Under the pieces are notes generated by a model. The model was given only the letters and a program-made list of their open reading frames with translations, was not told the DNA's origin and did not search any database. This document shows, piece after piece, positions 19,235 to 30,186 of a DNA stretch of 64,000 bases (the stretch's first letter is position 1; each line of letters starts with the position of its first letter). Made by a program: the position numbers and the translations under genes. The stretch comes from an uncultured Gemmatimonadales bacterium. GTDB lineage: Bacteria > Gemmatimonadota > Gemmatimonadetes > Longimicrobiales > RSA9. Location of the stretch: positions 192,001 to 256,000 of the forward strand of contig CAWAMW010000007.1 of NCBI GenBank assembly GCA_963783305.1. Reading direction: 5' to 3'.

Positions 19235-19899
19235 AAGTAGCGATCGACGGACCCGCGGGATCGGGGAAGAGCACGACGGCGCGGGAGGTTGCGCGCCGGC
19301 TCGACTTCCTGCACGTGGACTCGGGCGCCTTCTACCGTGCGCTCACGTACGCGCTCCAGGCCGCGGGCGTGTCAGAGGAGAGCTGGGACGGGCTGACGAG
19401 CGAGGACCTGGATGGGCTGGAGGTTCGCGGGGAGCGGGGCGAGAGCGGGGTCCGGCTGCGTGTGGGGAACGAGGTCGTGGACCGCGAGCTTCGCACTCCC
19501 GAAGTCAACGCCCATGTCTCCCACGTGGCGCGCATCCCTGCCGTCCGCTCCTGGCTCCTCGGACGCCTGAGAGCCCTCGCCGAGAACGATGACGTGGTGG
19601 CGGACGGACGCGACATCGGCACCGTGGTGTTCCCGGACGCCGCGCTCAAGGTGTTCCTCGTGGCGGACCCGGAGGTTCGGGCTCGGCGACGGCTCCGTGA
19701 CCACGACGCCACCGTCGCCGACCGAGAAGCGCTGCTCGCCGAGATCGGGCGGCTCAGGAACCGCGATCGCGCGGACAGCGAGCGGGCCACCGCGCCTCTT
19801 CGGCCGGCGGAAGACGCGGTGCACGTGGACACGACGGCGCTGTCGTTCGAAGAGCAGGTTGTGGCGATCCTCGAGCTGGTGAAGGGCCGCACGAGCTGA
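19231..19899 (+). CDS. cmk: Cytidylate kinase
   Basis: IDGPAGSGKST, DSGAFYR, DGRDIGTVVFPDA. Confidence 0.96.
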   Translation: MKVAIDGPAGSGKSTTAREVARRLDFLHVDSGAFYRALTYALQAAGVSEESWDGLTSEDLDGLEVRGERGESGVRLRVGNEVVDRELRTPEVNAHVSHVARIPAVRSWLLGRLRALAENDDVVADGRDIGTVVFPDAALKVFLVADPEVRARRRLRDHDATVADREALLAEIGRLRNRDRADSERATAPLRPAEDAVHVDTTALSFEEQVVAILELVKGRTS

Positions 19900-20086
19900 T
19901 GCGAGCAGCTGGCGTTCCGTGGGGGGACGGCCGCCTTGTGTGGTTCGGACGGTCCAGAGACGGCTGACGGAACAGCCGATCCCGCGGCTCCCCACCCTGC
20001 GTCGCCCTACCTCGCCTCCGCGTCACCGCTGTTCTGGATGCGTTGGCGCGGGGGCGGTGGCTGGTCGAGGGGGCTCGCCGGGGTGG

Positions 20087-20115
20087 TTGACCGTGCGGTA
20101 CCCCGTGGGTAGCTT
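20087..20115 (+). promoter_or_regulatory. Putative sigma70 promoter of rpsA
   Basis: TTGACC-17 bp-TAGCTT, followed by a hairpin-containing leader. Confidence 0.55.
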
Positions 20116-20231
20116 ATAAGGCTGTCCCGATCGCGGGGCAGGATCGGACGAGGCGCGAGGGTCGCGCCTCCTTGTTCATCGAACCGTCGGGGACCGCCAT
20201 CGGTCCAGCGACGTGAGGACCACCGGGAGAC

Positions 20232-22286
20232 ATGGCAGACAACCCCACCAGCACCACCCAGGAGCAGGACGTTTCCGAGGCCGAGATGACCGCGGCGGAA
20301 GACGCCACCGTCATCGCGGGCGACGACGAGCTCGAGCTCGAGATCCGCGAATACACGCAGGCGCAGATCGAGCAGCGGGCTCGCGAAGTCGGCATCCGAC
20401 CGGAGCTCTTCGACGAGAACGAGTACAGCCTCGAAGAGTACGAGGAGATGCTCGAGATGTACGAGGAGACCCTCAGCGAGATCGAAGAGGGTGAGATCGT
20501 GCACGCGACGGTGCTCCGTGTGACGGAGAACACGGTCGTGCTCGACGTCGGGTTCAAGAGCGAGGGCTCGGTCACGAAGGACGAGTTCACGGACCCGGAT
20601 TCGCTGAACCCGGGAGACGAGGTCGAGGTCTTCCTGGAGCGGCTCGAGGACGACGAGGGCCGTGTGGTCCTGTCGAAGAAGAAGGCCGACTTCCTGCGCG
20701 TCTGGGACAAGATCAAGACGGCGTACGAGGAAGACGACGAGGTCCCGGGCATCCTGAAGCGGAAGATCAAGGGTGGAGTGACGGTGGACCTGATGGGAGT
20801 GGAAGCGTTCCTCCCGGGCTCGCAGATCGCGCTGCGTCGGGTGCCGAACGTCGAGGAGCTGATCGGCAACCGTTACAGCTTCAAGATCATCAAGCTGAAC
20901 AAGCGGCGCCGGAACATCGTGGTGAGCCGCCGCGTGATCCTGGAAGAGGAGCGGGAGCACAAGAAGGAGTACCTGGTCAAGGAGCTGATGGTCGGGCAGG
21001 TGCGCGAGGGCGTGATCAAGAACGTCACGGACTTCGGCGCCTTCATCGATCTGGGCGGGCTGGACGGACTGCTGCACATCACGGACATGAGCTGGGGCCG
21101 TGTGGGCCACCCGTCGGAGATCGTGGACATCGGCGACAGCATCGACGTGAAGGTGCTGGACATCGACTGGGACCGCGAGCGGATCTCGCTGGGGCTGAAG
21201 CAGCTGCTGCCGTACCCGTGGAAGGACGTGGCGGACAAGTACCCGGTGGGCTCGCGCGTGCTGGGTCGCGTGGTCTCCATCACCAACTACGGCGCCTTCG
21301 TGGAGCTGGAGAAGGGCGTGGAGGGTCTCGTCCACGTGAGCGAGATGTCGTGGACGCGGAACATCAAGCACCCGTCGCAGATCGTCACCATTGGGGACGA
21401 GATCGAGGCGGTCGTGCTGAAGGTGGACCGGGACGACGAGAAGATCTCGCTGGGTATGAAGCAGATCGAGGAGGACCCGTGGCTGGCGCTACCGGTGAAG
21501 TATCCCACGGGCACGAAGGTGAAGGGCACGGTCCGCAACCTGACGTCGTTCGGCGCGTTCGTGGAGATCGAGCCCGGGATCGACGGTCTGATCCATATCA
21601 GCGACATGAGCTGGACGAAGCGGATCCAGCACCCGTCGGAGGTGCTCCGCAAGGGCGAGGAGATCGAGGTCATGGTTCTGGGCGTGGACGCCGAGAACAA
21701 GCGGATCTCGCTGGGCCTGAAGCAGATGCAGGACGACCCGTGGTACAACCTGGTGGAGCAGTACTCGCCGGGTGTGGAGACCACCGGGACGGTGGCCCGG
21801 ATCCTCGACGATGGCGTGGTCATGGACCTCGGCGACGACGTGGAGGGCTTCGTTCCCATGAGCCAGTTCCCCGATGACGTGCAGGACCCGGCCGAGGCCG
21901 TGTCCGAGGGTCAGGGGGCGGACCTCAGGGTGCTGGAGTCGGACGCGGTGAACCGCCGGATCGTTCTGGCGGTCATGGATCTCCACCCGTTCGAGCGGCC
22001 GGTCGAGGAACCGGCGGAAGGCGAGTCGGACGAGGGTGAGGACGAGGCCGGCGCGCCTGAAGAGGCGGAGGCGGAAGCGCCCGCGGAGGTTGAGGCCGAG
22101 GCTCCGGAAGAGGTTGAGGCCGAGGCTCCGGAAGAGGTTGAAGCCGAGGCTCCGGAAGAGGTCGAGGCCGAGGCTCCGGAAGAGGTTGAAGCCGAGGCTC
22201 CGGAAGAGGTCGAGGCCGAGGCTCCGGAGGCCGCGGCTCCGGAGGGCGCGGAGTCCGAAGAAGAGTCGGAGGAGAAGGCGGAATAG
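20232..22286 (+). CDS. rpsA: 30S ribosomal protein S1
   Basis: Six S1 repeats (DVGFKSEG, FGAF..., ISLGLKQ); acidic N- and C-terminal extensions. Confidence 0.97.
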   Translation: MADNPTSTTQEQDVSEAEMTAAEDATVIAGDDELELEIREYTQAQIEQRAREVGIRPELFDENEYSLEEYEEMLEMYEETLSEIEEGEIVHATVLRVTENTVVLDVGFKSEGSVTKDEFTDPDSLNPGDEVEVFLERLEDDEGRVVLSKKKADFLRVWDKIKTAYEEDDEVPGILKRKIKGGVTVDLMGVEAFLPGSQIALRRVPNVEELIGNRYSFKIIKLNKRRRNIVVSRRVILEEEREHKKEYLVKELMVGQVREGVIKNVTDFGAFIDLGGLDGLLHITDMSWGRVGHPSEIVDIGDSIDVKVLDIDWDRERISLGLKQLLPYPWKDVADKYPVGSRVLGRVVSITNYGAFVELEKGVEGLVHVSEMSWTRNIKHPSQIVTIGDEIEAVVLKVDRDDEKISLGMKQIEEDPWLALPVKYPTGTKVKGTVRNLTSFGAFVEIEPGIDGLIHISDMSWTKRIQHPSEVLRKGEEIEVMVLGVDAENKRISLGLKQMQDDPWYNLVEQYSPGVETTGTVARILDDGVVMDLGDDVEGFVPMSQFPDDVQDPAEAVSEGQGADLRVLESDAVNRRIVLAVMDLHPFERPVEEPAEGESDEGEDEAGAPEEAEAEAPAEVEAEAPEEVEAEAPEEVEAEAPEEVEAEAPEEVEAEAPEEVEAEAPEAAAPEGAESEEESEEKAE
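22086..22229 (+). repeat. 24-bp coding tandem repeat x6 (EVEAEAPE)
   Basis: GAGGTYGARGCCGAGGCTCCGGAR units in the rpsA tail. Confidence 0.95.
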
Positions 22287-22311
22287 AGCCGCCGGACCTC
22301 TTGGATGTGGG

Positions 22312-22347
22312 GGGAGGCGGGCCGGAATCGGTCCGCCTCCCTTTTTT
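22312..22347 (+). terminator. Rho-independent terminator of rpsA
   Basis: GGGAGGCGGGCCG-GAAT-CGGTCCGCCTCCC-TTTTTT. Confidence 0.85.
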
Positions 22348-22430
22348 CGTGGGGGTGACGTCGGTAGTTTGGGCGGACCCCCCTTTCCGACGCGGGGAGT
22401 AACCCCAACCGTGCGAACACGAGGGCAGGC

Positions 22431-24065
22431 TTGAGCTACGCGAGGACGTGGATGGGATTGTGTGCACTGGTGCTGGCGCTGGCATGCGCTGTGGGAGAGA
22501 CGCCCCCGCAGGCGCCTCCTCCGGACGGGGCTGCGGGAGCCCCGGGCGGCGCGGTGGTGGATGACGCCTCACCGGGGGCGGATGCGGCCGCCGCGGCCGA
22601 TCTGCTCGAGCGGTCGATGCGGGCCTACCAGAGGTCGGAGCTCGAGGAGTCGTTGCGGCTTTCGCGCGAGGTGCTCACACGGCACGCCGGGACCCCCTCG
22701 GAGGCGGACGCGCGCTGGGTGGCGGCGCGAGCCGCGTTCGCCCTCGGCCGGTATGCGGAGTCCCGTGCGCTGGCGCTGGAGCACGCCCGTCGCGGCGGCG
22801 GAGGGTCGGCGAGCGCGGCGGAGGTCCGGTCGCTGGCCGAGCTCGCGGCGGACGCTCTGGAGGCGCCGGCCCCCGTGGTGGTCGGGGCGGTGCTGAGCCG
22901 GAGCGGACCCCGCGTGCTGGTGCGCTACGCGGACTGGGTGCTGGAGGGAATCCAGCTGGCGATCGCAGAGGCGGAGCGGGACCAGAATCGAAGGATCGAG
23001 CTCGTGGTGGCGGATGACGCGGGCGGCGCGCGGGTGACGGAGGCCGTCCGTGAGCTCGAGCGGCGCGGCGCGGTGGCCATCGTGGGCCCGATGCTGGATG
23101 AGCACCTGTGGGCGGCCGCAGAAGCCCGGTCGAGTCGCGAGCTGGTGCTGGTGAGTCCCACGTCCTCCAGGACGCCCCACTGGCCCGAGACCTACTCCAT
23201 CAACGCCAGCGACGCGCTGGGGGCCCGGGATCTCGGGCGCTATGCGGCGGATGTCGGCCTCACTCAGGCGGCCATCCTCCACCTCCGGCTGCCCGATTAC
23301 GAGGGGAAGGCGGCGGCGTTCGCGGAGGAGTTCACCGCGCTGGGCGGTCGTGTTCGTACGGTAGTCCCGTACGACTCTGGAACCACGACCTTCGCACCGC
23401 ACATGCGCCAGATCCTCGCCGCGGTGGCACCGACTCGCTCCGCCGGGCTGGAGGGTGCCGCGCTGGGCCCCGGCGCCGCGGGCCAGGTGGACTCTGCCCA
23501 GGTGGAGCTCTCGCAGCAGCCGTTCGCGCTCTTCGTCGCGGCGCCGCCCCGGGACGTGCCGCAGATCGCACCGCAGCTCGGGTTCTACGGCCTCGACTCG
23601 GCGGGCGTGCAGCTGTTTGGTGACGAGGCGTGGGCCGCGGCCGAGGTCCGGCGGATGGTGCTGGACCGTGATCTGGAAGGTGTGATCGCGGCCTCGCGGT
23701 TCCCGCCGGAGCGAGCGGATGCGCCGGCGGATCCCGACTTCGTCCGGGCGTACGAGGGACGCTATCGTCAGTCGCTCGGCAACCAGCTGCCCGCGCTGGG
23801 CTATGACGCGGCGCACCTGATCATGCAGGCGCTGCCGAACCGGAGCCTGACGCCCGCGGCGCTGGCGCGGCGGTTCCACCTGCTGGCGGAGATCCGCGGC
23901 GCCACTGGACTGCTGTCGGTGCGCTCGGACCGGGTGGTGCGCCGCCCGCATCTGGTCATCATCCGGAACGGCATGCTGGAGCCGGCGCCGTACCCGTGGA
24001 ATTACGAGCTGCCGCTGCATCGGGCGCCTCTGCCGCAGGACAGCAGCGTGGGGAGTGGACGATGA
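22431..24065 (+). CDS. Probable lipoprotein: TPR-like region plus type 1 periplasmic-binding fold (LpoA/LppC-like)
   Basis: Signal with ALA-C, helical repeat, GIQLAI / AIVGPM / ALGYDA / GATG motifs. Confidence 0.7.
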   Translation: MSYARTWMGLCALVLALACAVGETPPQAPPPDGAAGAPGGAVVDDASPGADAAAAADLLERSMRAYQRSELEESLRLSREVLTRHAGTPSEADARWVAARAAFALGRYAESRALALEHARRGGGGSASAAEVRSLAELAADALEAPAPVVVGAVLSRSGPRVLVRYADWVLEGIQLAIAEAERDQNRRIELVVADDAGGARVTEAVRELERRGAVAIVGPMLDEHLWAAAEARSSRELVLVSPTSSRTPHWPETYSINASDALGARDLGRYAADVGLTQAAILHLRLPDYEGKAAAFAEEFTALGGRVRTVVPYDSGTTTFAPHMRQILAAVAPTRSAGLEGAALGPGAAGQVDSAQVELSQQPFALFVAAPPRDVPQIAPQLGFYGLDSAGVQLFGDEAWAAAEVRRMVLDRDLEGVIAASRFPPERADAPADPDFVRAYEGRYRQSLGNQLPALGYDAAHLIMQALPNRSLTPAALARRFHLLAEIRGATGLLSVRSDRVVRRPHLVIIRNGMLEPAPYPWNYELPLHRAPLPQDSSVGSGR

Positions 24066-25612
24066 GCATGCGAGAGAAGCTGAAGCGGCTGGACGAGCTA
24101 CGGCGCGAGTCGGAGCTCGGGGGCGGCAAGGAGCGGCTGGAGGCGCAACACGAGCGTGGTAAGCTTTCGGCCCGAGAGCGGCTGGACCTGCTACTGGACG
24201 AAGGCAGCTTCGTGGAGTTGGACCGGTTCGTCACGCACCGCACCACGGGGTTCGGACTGGAGGACCGGAGGTACCTCGGCGACGGAGTGGTGACCGGCTA
24301 CGGTACGGTCCAGGGTCGGCTCGTCTACGTCTTCAGCCAGGACTTCACCGTCTTCGGCGGCTCGCTATCCGAGGCGCACGCCGAGAAGATCGTGAAGGTC
24401 ATGGACCTCGCCATGGAGAACGGCGCGCCGGTCATCGGTCTGAATGACAGCGGCGGCGCGCGGATCCAGGAGGGGGTCGTGAGCCTGGGTGGCTACGCCG
24501 ACATCTTCCTCCGCAACACGCTGGCTTCGGGTGTGGTGCCGCAGATCAGCGCGGTCCTGGGGCCGTGTGCCGGGGGCGCGGTGTACTCGCCCGCCATCAC
24601 CGACTTCATCTTCATGGTCCGCGGCACCAGCTACATGTTCGTGACAGGGCCCAATGTGGTGAAGACGGTCACCCACGAGGACATCGACATGGAGGGACTC
24701 GGCGGCGCCAATGTGCACGCCGGAACCTCCGGTGTGGCGCACTTCGCCCACGACTCGGAGATGGAGTCGATCGCGGCCATCCGGAAGCTCTTCGACTTCA
24801 TCCCGCAGAACAACCGGGAGGATCCGCCGTTCCGCGAGTGCCAGGACCCGTTCGACCGCCAGGACGAGGAGCTGCTCGACATCGTCCCCGACGAGCCAGC
24901 CAAGCCGTACGACATCCACGAGGTGATCCGACGGGTCGTGGATGACGGGGATTTCTACGAGGTGCATGCCGACTTCGCGCCCAATATCGTTGTGGGATTC
25001 GCCCACCTGGGCGGACGGAGCGTGGGCATCGTGGCCAATCAGCCGGCGGTCCTCGCCGGCGTACTGGACATCGACAGCTCCGACAAGGGCGCCCGTTTCG
25101 TCCGCTTCTGCGACTCGTTCAACATCCCGCTGGTGGTCCTGGAGGATGTACCCGGCTTCCTACCCGGAGTGGGACAGGAGCACGGCGGCATCATTCGGCA
25201 CGGCGCAAAGCTGCTCTTCGCCTTCAGCGAGGCCACGGTGCCGAAGGTCACGCTCATCACCCGCAAGGCGTATGGCGGCGCATATGACGTGATGAACTCG
25301 AAGCACATCCGGGGCGACATGAACCTCGCATGGCCCACCGCCGAGATCGCCGTCATGGGCCCCAAGGGTGCCGTGGAGATCCTCTTCCGCAAGCAGATCG
25401 CCGAGGCCGAAGATCCGGCCGCCGAGGCCGCCGCGAAGGAGAGTGACTACCGCGAGCGGTTCGCCCACCCCTTTATCGCCGCCGCCCGCGGGTACGTAGA
25501 CGACGTCATCGATCCCCGGGAGACCCGGCCGCGCCTCATAAATGCCCTCGACATGCTCCGGAACAAGCGCAGCGAGAACCCCTGGAAGAAGCATGGCAAT
25601 ATTCCGTTGTAG
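24062..25612 (+). CDS. pccB: Acyl(propionyl)-CoA carboxylase carboxyltransferase subunit
   Basis: [47 protein letters not shown]. Confidence 0.92.
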   Translation: MSMREKLKRLDELRRESELGGGKERLEAQHERGKLSARERLDLLLDEGSFVELDRFVTHRTTGFGLEDRRYLGDGVVTGYGTVQGRLVYVFSQDFTVFGGSLSEAHAEKIVKVMDLAMENGAPVIGLNDSGGARIQEGVVSLGGYADIFLRNTLASGVVPQISAVLGPCAGGAVYSPAITDFIFMVRGTSYMFVTGPNVVKTVTHEDIDMEGLGGANVHAGTSGVAHFAHDSEMESIAAIRKLFDFIPQNNREDPPFRECQDPFDRQDEELLDIVPDEPAKPYDIHEVIRRVVDDGDFYEVHADFAPNIVVGFAHLGGRSVGIVANQPAVLAGVLDIDSSDKGARFVRFCDSFNIPLVVLEDVPGFLPGVGQEHGGIIRHGAKLLFAFSEATVPKVTLITRKAYGGAYDVMNSKHIRGDMNLAWPTAEIAVMGPKGAVEILFRKQIAEAEDPAAEAAAKESDYRERFAHPFIAAARGYVDDVIDPRETRPRLINALDMLRNKRSENPWKKHGNIPL

Positions 25613-25741
25613 CTCGGGGCGGAGCCCCCGGCGGAGGGCTCTGCCTTCGGCTTCGGGGGCGCTGTTCGAAGGGTTCCGCGGGGCGCAGCGACTCCCACCG
25701 CGAGCGCAGCGAGTTTCCCGGTCCGCCGAAGGGAGACCCTC

Positions 25742-27229
25742 ATGCTGAAACGCGTGCTCGTCGCGAACCGGGGCGAGATCGCGCTTCGTGTGATCCGGGC
25801 GTGTGAGGAGCTGGGGATCGAGAGCGTGGCGGTGTATTCGGAGGCGGACTATCGGTCCGCGCACGTTCTGGCGGCGGACCGGGCGGTGCTGCTCGGCCCG
25901 GCACCGGCGGCCGAGAGCTACCTGCGGATCGACCGGCTCGTGGACGTGGCGCGGGAGATGGAGTGCGATGCGGTCCATCCGGGGTACGGGTTCCTCGCGG
26001 AGCGCGCGCCATTCGCTCGGGCCGTGGAGGAGGCGGGGCTGATCTTCATCGGGCCACCCCCGACCGCCATCGAAGCGATGGGCGACAAGACGCGCGCGCG
26101 CCAGGCGATGATTGCCGCGGGAGTCCCCGTGGTCCCCGGGACGGCCGAGGCGTTGGCGGATGGCGCCGAGGCGGAGCGGGCCGCGGCGGAGGTGGGGTAT
26201 CCGGTCATGCTGAAGGCCTCGGCCGGCGGGGGCGGGAAGGGGATGCGGGTCGTGCGTGAGCCGAAGGACCTGGTGGCATCGTTCGAGGCCGCGTCCCGCG
26301 AGGCCACGGCGGCGTTCGGGGATGGCAGAGTGTACGTCGAGCGCTTTCTGGACGGGCCGCGGCACATCGAGATCCAGGTGCTCGCCGACGCGCACGGAAC
26401 GGTGCTCCATCTCGGGGAGCGGGAGTGCTCCATCCAGCGGCGTCACCAGAAGCTGATCGAGGAAGCGCCTTCTCCGGTGGTCACCCCGGAGCTCCGGCGC
26501 CAGATGGGTGAGGCAGCGGTGGCCGCGGCCCGCGCGGTCGACTACCGTAGCGCCGGCACGGTGGAGTTCCTCTTCCAGGATGGCGAGTTCTTCTTCCTGG
26601 AGATGAATACGCGGATCCAGGTGGAGCACCCGGTGACGGAGCTGGTCACGGGCGTGGACCTTGTGCAGTGGCAGCTGAGGGTGGCGGGGGGGACGCCGCT
26701 CAGTTTCAGACAGGACGACGTCCGCTGGTCAGGGCATGCCATCGAGTGCCGCATAACCGCGGAGGACCCCACCAGCGGGTTCCTCCCGTCCAGCGGCCGG
26801 GTCGAGCTGCTGCGTGTGCCCGCGGGTCCGGGGGTCCGCTGGGATGCCGGGATCCAGGAGGGCGACGACATTTCGCTCCACTACGACCCCATGCTCGCCA
26901 AGCTCGTGGTACACGGACCCACACGCGATCAGGCGATCGAGCGAATGCTCCGCGCACTGGGCGAGCTCCGGATCGTGGGGGTGGAGACCAGCGCGCCCTT
27001 CCTCCGCCGCGTCCTCGACGAGGCGGACTTCCGGGCGGGTCGGATCGATATCCGCTACCTCGAGCTCCACGAGGAGTTGCTCGATCCGGAGCCGGAGGAG
27101 GAATCGCTTCGGGCGGTGGCCGTGGCGGCCGCGCTGCTGGCGGAGGAATCCCGGGAGCGGCGGTCTCTCCGGCGCATCGGCGAAGACGGCCCGGGGACGT
27201 CACGCTGGCGCGACATGGGGTGGCGCTGA
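25742..27229 (+). CDS. accC: Biotin carboxylase subunit
   Basis: VANRGEIA, HPGYGFL, GGGGKGMR, RECSIQRRHQK, EMNTRIQVEH. Confidence 0.93.
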   Translation: MLKRVLVANRGEIALRVIRACEELGIESVAVYSEADYRSAHVLAADRAVLLGPAPAAESYLRIDRLVDVAREMECDAVHPGYGFLAERAPFARAVEEAGLIFIGPPPTAIEAMGDKTRARQAMIAAGVPVVPGTAEALADGAEAERAAAEVGYPVMLKASAGGGGKGMRVVREPKDLVASFEAASREATAAFGDGRVYVERFLDGPRHIEIQVLADAHGTVLHLGERECSIQRRHQKLIEEAPSPVVTPELRRQMGEAAVAAARAVDYRSAGTVEFLFQDGEFFFLEMNTRIQVEHPVTELVTGVDLVQWQLRVAGGTPLSFRQDDVRWSGHAIECRITAEDPTSGFLPSSGRVELLRVPAGPGVRWDAGIQEGDDISLHYDPMLAKLVVHGPTRDQAIERMLRALGELRIVGVETSAPFLRRVLDEADFRAGRIDIRYLELHEELLDPEPEEESLRAVAVAAALLAEESRERRSLRRIGEDGPGTSRWRDMGWR

Positions 27230-27387
27230 AACGGCGGCCGGGCGGCCGAGACGCGCTTGCCTTTTGGGGCGGGCGTTTCTAACATTGAACTCCGCTTCTC
27301 TCCCTGGGTCCGACCGAATGATCACGCGCCCGCCTCGGCTGGGTGGAACGGCACTGGCCGGCTTCTTCTTACCGCAAGAAACCGCAC

Positions 27388-29790
27388 GTGGCAAAGATGC
27401 TTCAGAAAAAGCACTGGCTCGTCCACGTGCTTCGAAGGGCGGGTATCCCGGGGGCCGATGAGCTGGCCATTGATCCGGGCATGCCGCCGGCCGAGGCATG
27501 GATGCGAGCCTGTGATGCCACGGCAATCTCGCCGGATACGCTGGCCGGTCACGTCGCGGATTACTTTCGTCTGAAGGTCGCGGTCCTGGAAGCCGCGGAG
27601 CCGACCGCTGCCAAGCTCGTCCCCGAGAAGATCGCCCGGCAGTACTCCATCTTCCCGTTCAAGGAGAACGAGCGCCACCTCACCGTGGCGACGAGCGATC
27701 CGACGAACTTCGCCGCCGAGCAGGCGCTGGGGTTCATTTCCGGACGGAAGGCGATTTTCGAGGTGGCGCCGCCCCCCATGATCCTGGACGCCATCAATGG
27801 CAGCTACAGCGCGGACGGCGTGATCGAGTCTCTGCTGAGCCGCGTGGACGAGGCGATTGCCGATTCGGTGTCCGTGGTCAAGGACCATGATTCCAGGGAC
27901 GTGAGCGAGGCGGAGGCGGAGTCCGCGCCGGTCATCAAGCTCACGAACCTGATCCTCCGGGACGCGGCCATCAACGGCGCCAGCAATGTCCACATCGAGC
28001 CGGGCGCCAGCGGCGGCACGGTCCGATTTCGGATCGACGGCGTGCTGCGCAACTACATGCAGCTGCCGCTCCCGGCGCTGATCCGGGTGGTGTCGCGGAT
28101 CAAGATCATGGGCAATCTGGACATCGCGGATCGATGGCGGCCGCAGGACGGCCGTACGCGGGTGATGGTCGAGGGTCGCCCGCACGACATCCGCATCTCC
28201 ACGGTCCCCACCCGGGAGGCCGAGAAGGTGGTGCTGCGGATCCTGAAGGGCGGCCAGGCGGCCAAGCTGAGCGAGATCGGGCTCCCGTCGTGGGAGTTGG
28301 GGCGGCTGCGGCAGTTGCTCTCGAACCGGGACGGAATCGTCTGCGTGACCGGCCCGACGGGCTCCGGCAAGACGACCACACTCTACGCCGCGATCCGGGA
28401 GCTGGCCACGGGCGAGGTCAACATCATGACTGTGGAAGACCCGGTCGAGTACGAGCTGCCGGGTATCACGCAGATCCAGGTGCAGCCGAAGCGGGGTGTG
28501 ACGTTCGCCAGCGCGCTCCGTGCCATCCTCCGGCAGGACCCGGATGTGATTCTCGTGGGTGAGATCCGGGACAGGGAGACGGCCGAGGTGGCCGTACAGG
28601 CCGCGATGACCGGTCACCTCGTCCTGGCCACGCTGCATACCAATGACGCCGTGAGCGTGATCGCCCGGCTCCTCGACATCGGTCTCGACCACGCCTCCAT
28701 CGCCGCCACTCTTCGAGGCGCCCTCGCTCAGCGCCTCGTCCGGAAGGTCTGCGACGAGTGCGGCGAGCCGATCCGCGGGGTCATGACGGCCGACGAGGTC
28801 CGGCTGGCTCGCCTGTACAACATCCGCCCCCCGATCCGAAGCGTAGGCTGCCGTCGCTGCGCGGAAACCGGATATCGAGGGCGGATGCCGGTGCAGGAGG
28901 TGTTCGTCGTGAACAACGCCATCGCCGACATGGTCACGGGCGGCGCCACGTACTCCGAGCTCTATGCCGCCGCCCTGGCTTCGGGCATGCGCCCGCTGCA
29001 GCAGGTGGGTATCGACCGGGTCCGCAGCGGCGAGACCACGCTCGAGGAGCTCGAGCGCGTGCTCGGTCTCGACGCGGACGAGGCTGCGGATGCCGAAGCC
29101 GCTGCGAAAGGGCGCTCTGAAGCGGCGGACAGCGCCGCCGCGCCCACCGATCCTCCGTCAGACACGTCCGATCCGGAGCTGGAGACGCGGGAGTCGCCGG
29201 TGGAAGCGGTCGACGGCCCGGAGCCCGCGCTCGTTGGCCCGGAGCCCGCGCTCGTTGACCCGGAGCCCGCGCTCGTTGACCCGGAGCCCGCGCCCGTTGA
29301 CCCGGAGCCCGCGCCCGACGTCGACGGTGGTGCCGCGGCTTCGGTGGAGGTGGGGGCGGTCGCCTCCGGCACGCCCGATCCGGGCACGGGGGTCCGGCCC
29401 GGCGATTCGGACCTCCCGATCCTGGTGGTGGACGACGATCCGGAGGACCGGCTGCTGGTCCGGACGATCCTGCAGAAGCAGGGCTTCCGGGTGAAGGAGG
29501 CACGGAACGGGGAGCAGGCGCTGGAGCGGATCGGGGCGGGGGATGCCCACGCCATGGTCATCCTCGACCTGGAGCTGCCGACAATGGGCGGGCGAGAGGT
29601 CCTTTCCGCTCTGCGCTCGTCCGCCGCAACCATGGCGCTCCCGGTCATCGTCCTCACGGGGTCTCCCGATCCGGAGGACGAGTACCGGGTGATGGAGGAG
29701 GGGGCGGATGACTACCTACGGAAGCCACTGGATGCGCCCCGGTTCGTGGCTCGGGTGAAGGCGGCGCTCCGCCGGGCGAGGATGGCGTAA
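27388..29790 (+). CDS. PilB/GspE-family secretion ATPase fused to a C-terminal receiver domain (start 27388 or 27397)
   Basis: Walker A GPTGSGKTT, Asp box TVEDPVE, Walker B ILVGEIRD, His box, CDEC/CRRC Zn motif; REC with VVDDD, ILDLELP, LTG, KP. Confidence 0.9.
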   Translation: MAKMLQKKHWLVHVLRRAGIPGADELAIDPGMPPAEAWMRACDATAISPDTLAGHVADYFRLKVAVLEAAEPTAAKLVPEKIARQYSIFPFKENERHLTVATSDPTNFAAEQALGFISGRKAIFEVAPPPMILDAINGSYSADGVIESLLSRVDEAIADSVSVVKDHDSRDVSEAEAESAPVIKLTNLILRDAAINGASNVHIEPGASGGTVRFRIDGVLRNYMQLPLPALIRVVSRIKIMGNLDIADRWRPQDGRTRVMVEGRPHDIRISTVPTREAEKVVLRILKGGQAAKLSEIGLPSWELGRLRQLLSNRDGIVCVTGPTGSGKTTTLYAAIRELATGEVNIMTVEDPVEYELPGITQIQVQPKRGVTFASALRAILRQDPDVILVGEIRDRETAEVAVQAAMTGHLVLATLHTNDAVSVIARLLDIGLDHASIAATLRGALAQRLVRKVCDECGEPIRGVMTADEVRLARLYNIRPPIRSVGCRRCAETGYRGRMPVQEVFVVNNAIADMVTGGATYSELYAAALASGMRPLQQVGIDRVRSGETTLEELERVLGLDADEAADAEAAAKGRSEAADSAAAPTDPPSDTSDPELETRESPVEAVDGPEPALVGPEPALVDPEPALVDPEPAPVDPEPAPDVDGGAAASVEVGAVASGTPDPGTGVRPGDSDLPILVVDDDPEDRLLVRTILQKQGFRVKEARNGEQALERIGAGDAHAMVILDLELPTMGGREVLSALRSSAATMALPVIVLTGSPDPEDEYRVMEEGADDYLRKPLDAPRFVARVKAALRRARMA
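29218..29319 (+). repeat. 21-bp coding tandem repeat, ~4.7 copies (PEPALVD)
   Basis: CCGGAGCCCGCGCYCGTTGRC units in the ATPase-REC linker. Confidence 0.92.
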
Positions 29791-30164
29791 TGACCGAGGA
29801 CGCGAGGGATTCGCTGGAGCCGGCGGCGCTGGATCGTCTCTTTCGCATCGGCGGCCAGGAGTTCGTCATCGAGATGATCGAGCTGTTCCTGGAGCATGCG
29901 CCCCAGCGGGTGGAGGCCGCGGGCACCGGGTTCGCCGAAGGTGACATGAGCACGGTCTACCGGGCGGCGCACTCGCTGAAGTCCACCGCCGCGAACCTGG
30001 GGGCCAGGTCGCTCCAGGATGTGGCCGCGCGGCTGGAAGAGCGGGCGGCCGCGAAGGAGGTGGAGGGAATGGCTTCGCTTCTGGACGAACTGAAACGCAG
30101 CTATCAGCGGCTCCGTCCGGAGCTCGAGATGGAGCGGGATCGTCGAAAGGGCGCGGGCGCGTGA
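29790..30164 (+). CDS. Stand-alone Hpt (histidine phosphotransfer) protein
   Basis: AAHSLKSTAANLGA motif; TAATG translational coupling to the ATPase. Confidence 0.9.
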   Translation: MTEDARDSLEPAALDRLFRIGGQEFVIEMIELFLEHAPQRVEAAGTGFAEGDMSTVYRAAHSLKSTAANLGARSLQDVAARLEERAAAKEVEGMASLLDELKRSYQRLRPELEMERDRRKGAGA

Positions 30165-30186
30165 GATCGAACCGAGGAGCACGAGA

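Noticed and set aside
22086..22229. Regular repeats as a possible CRISPR array (also 29218-29319)
   Set aside because: Head-to-tail in-frame coding repeats without unique spacers, and no cas genes.
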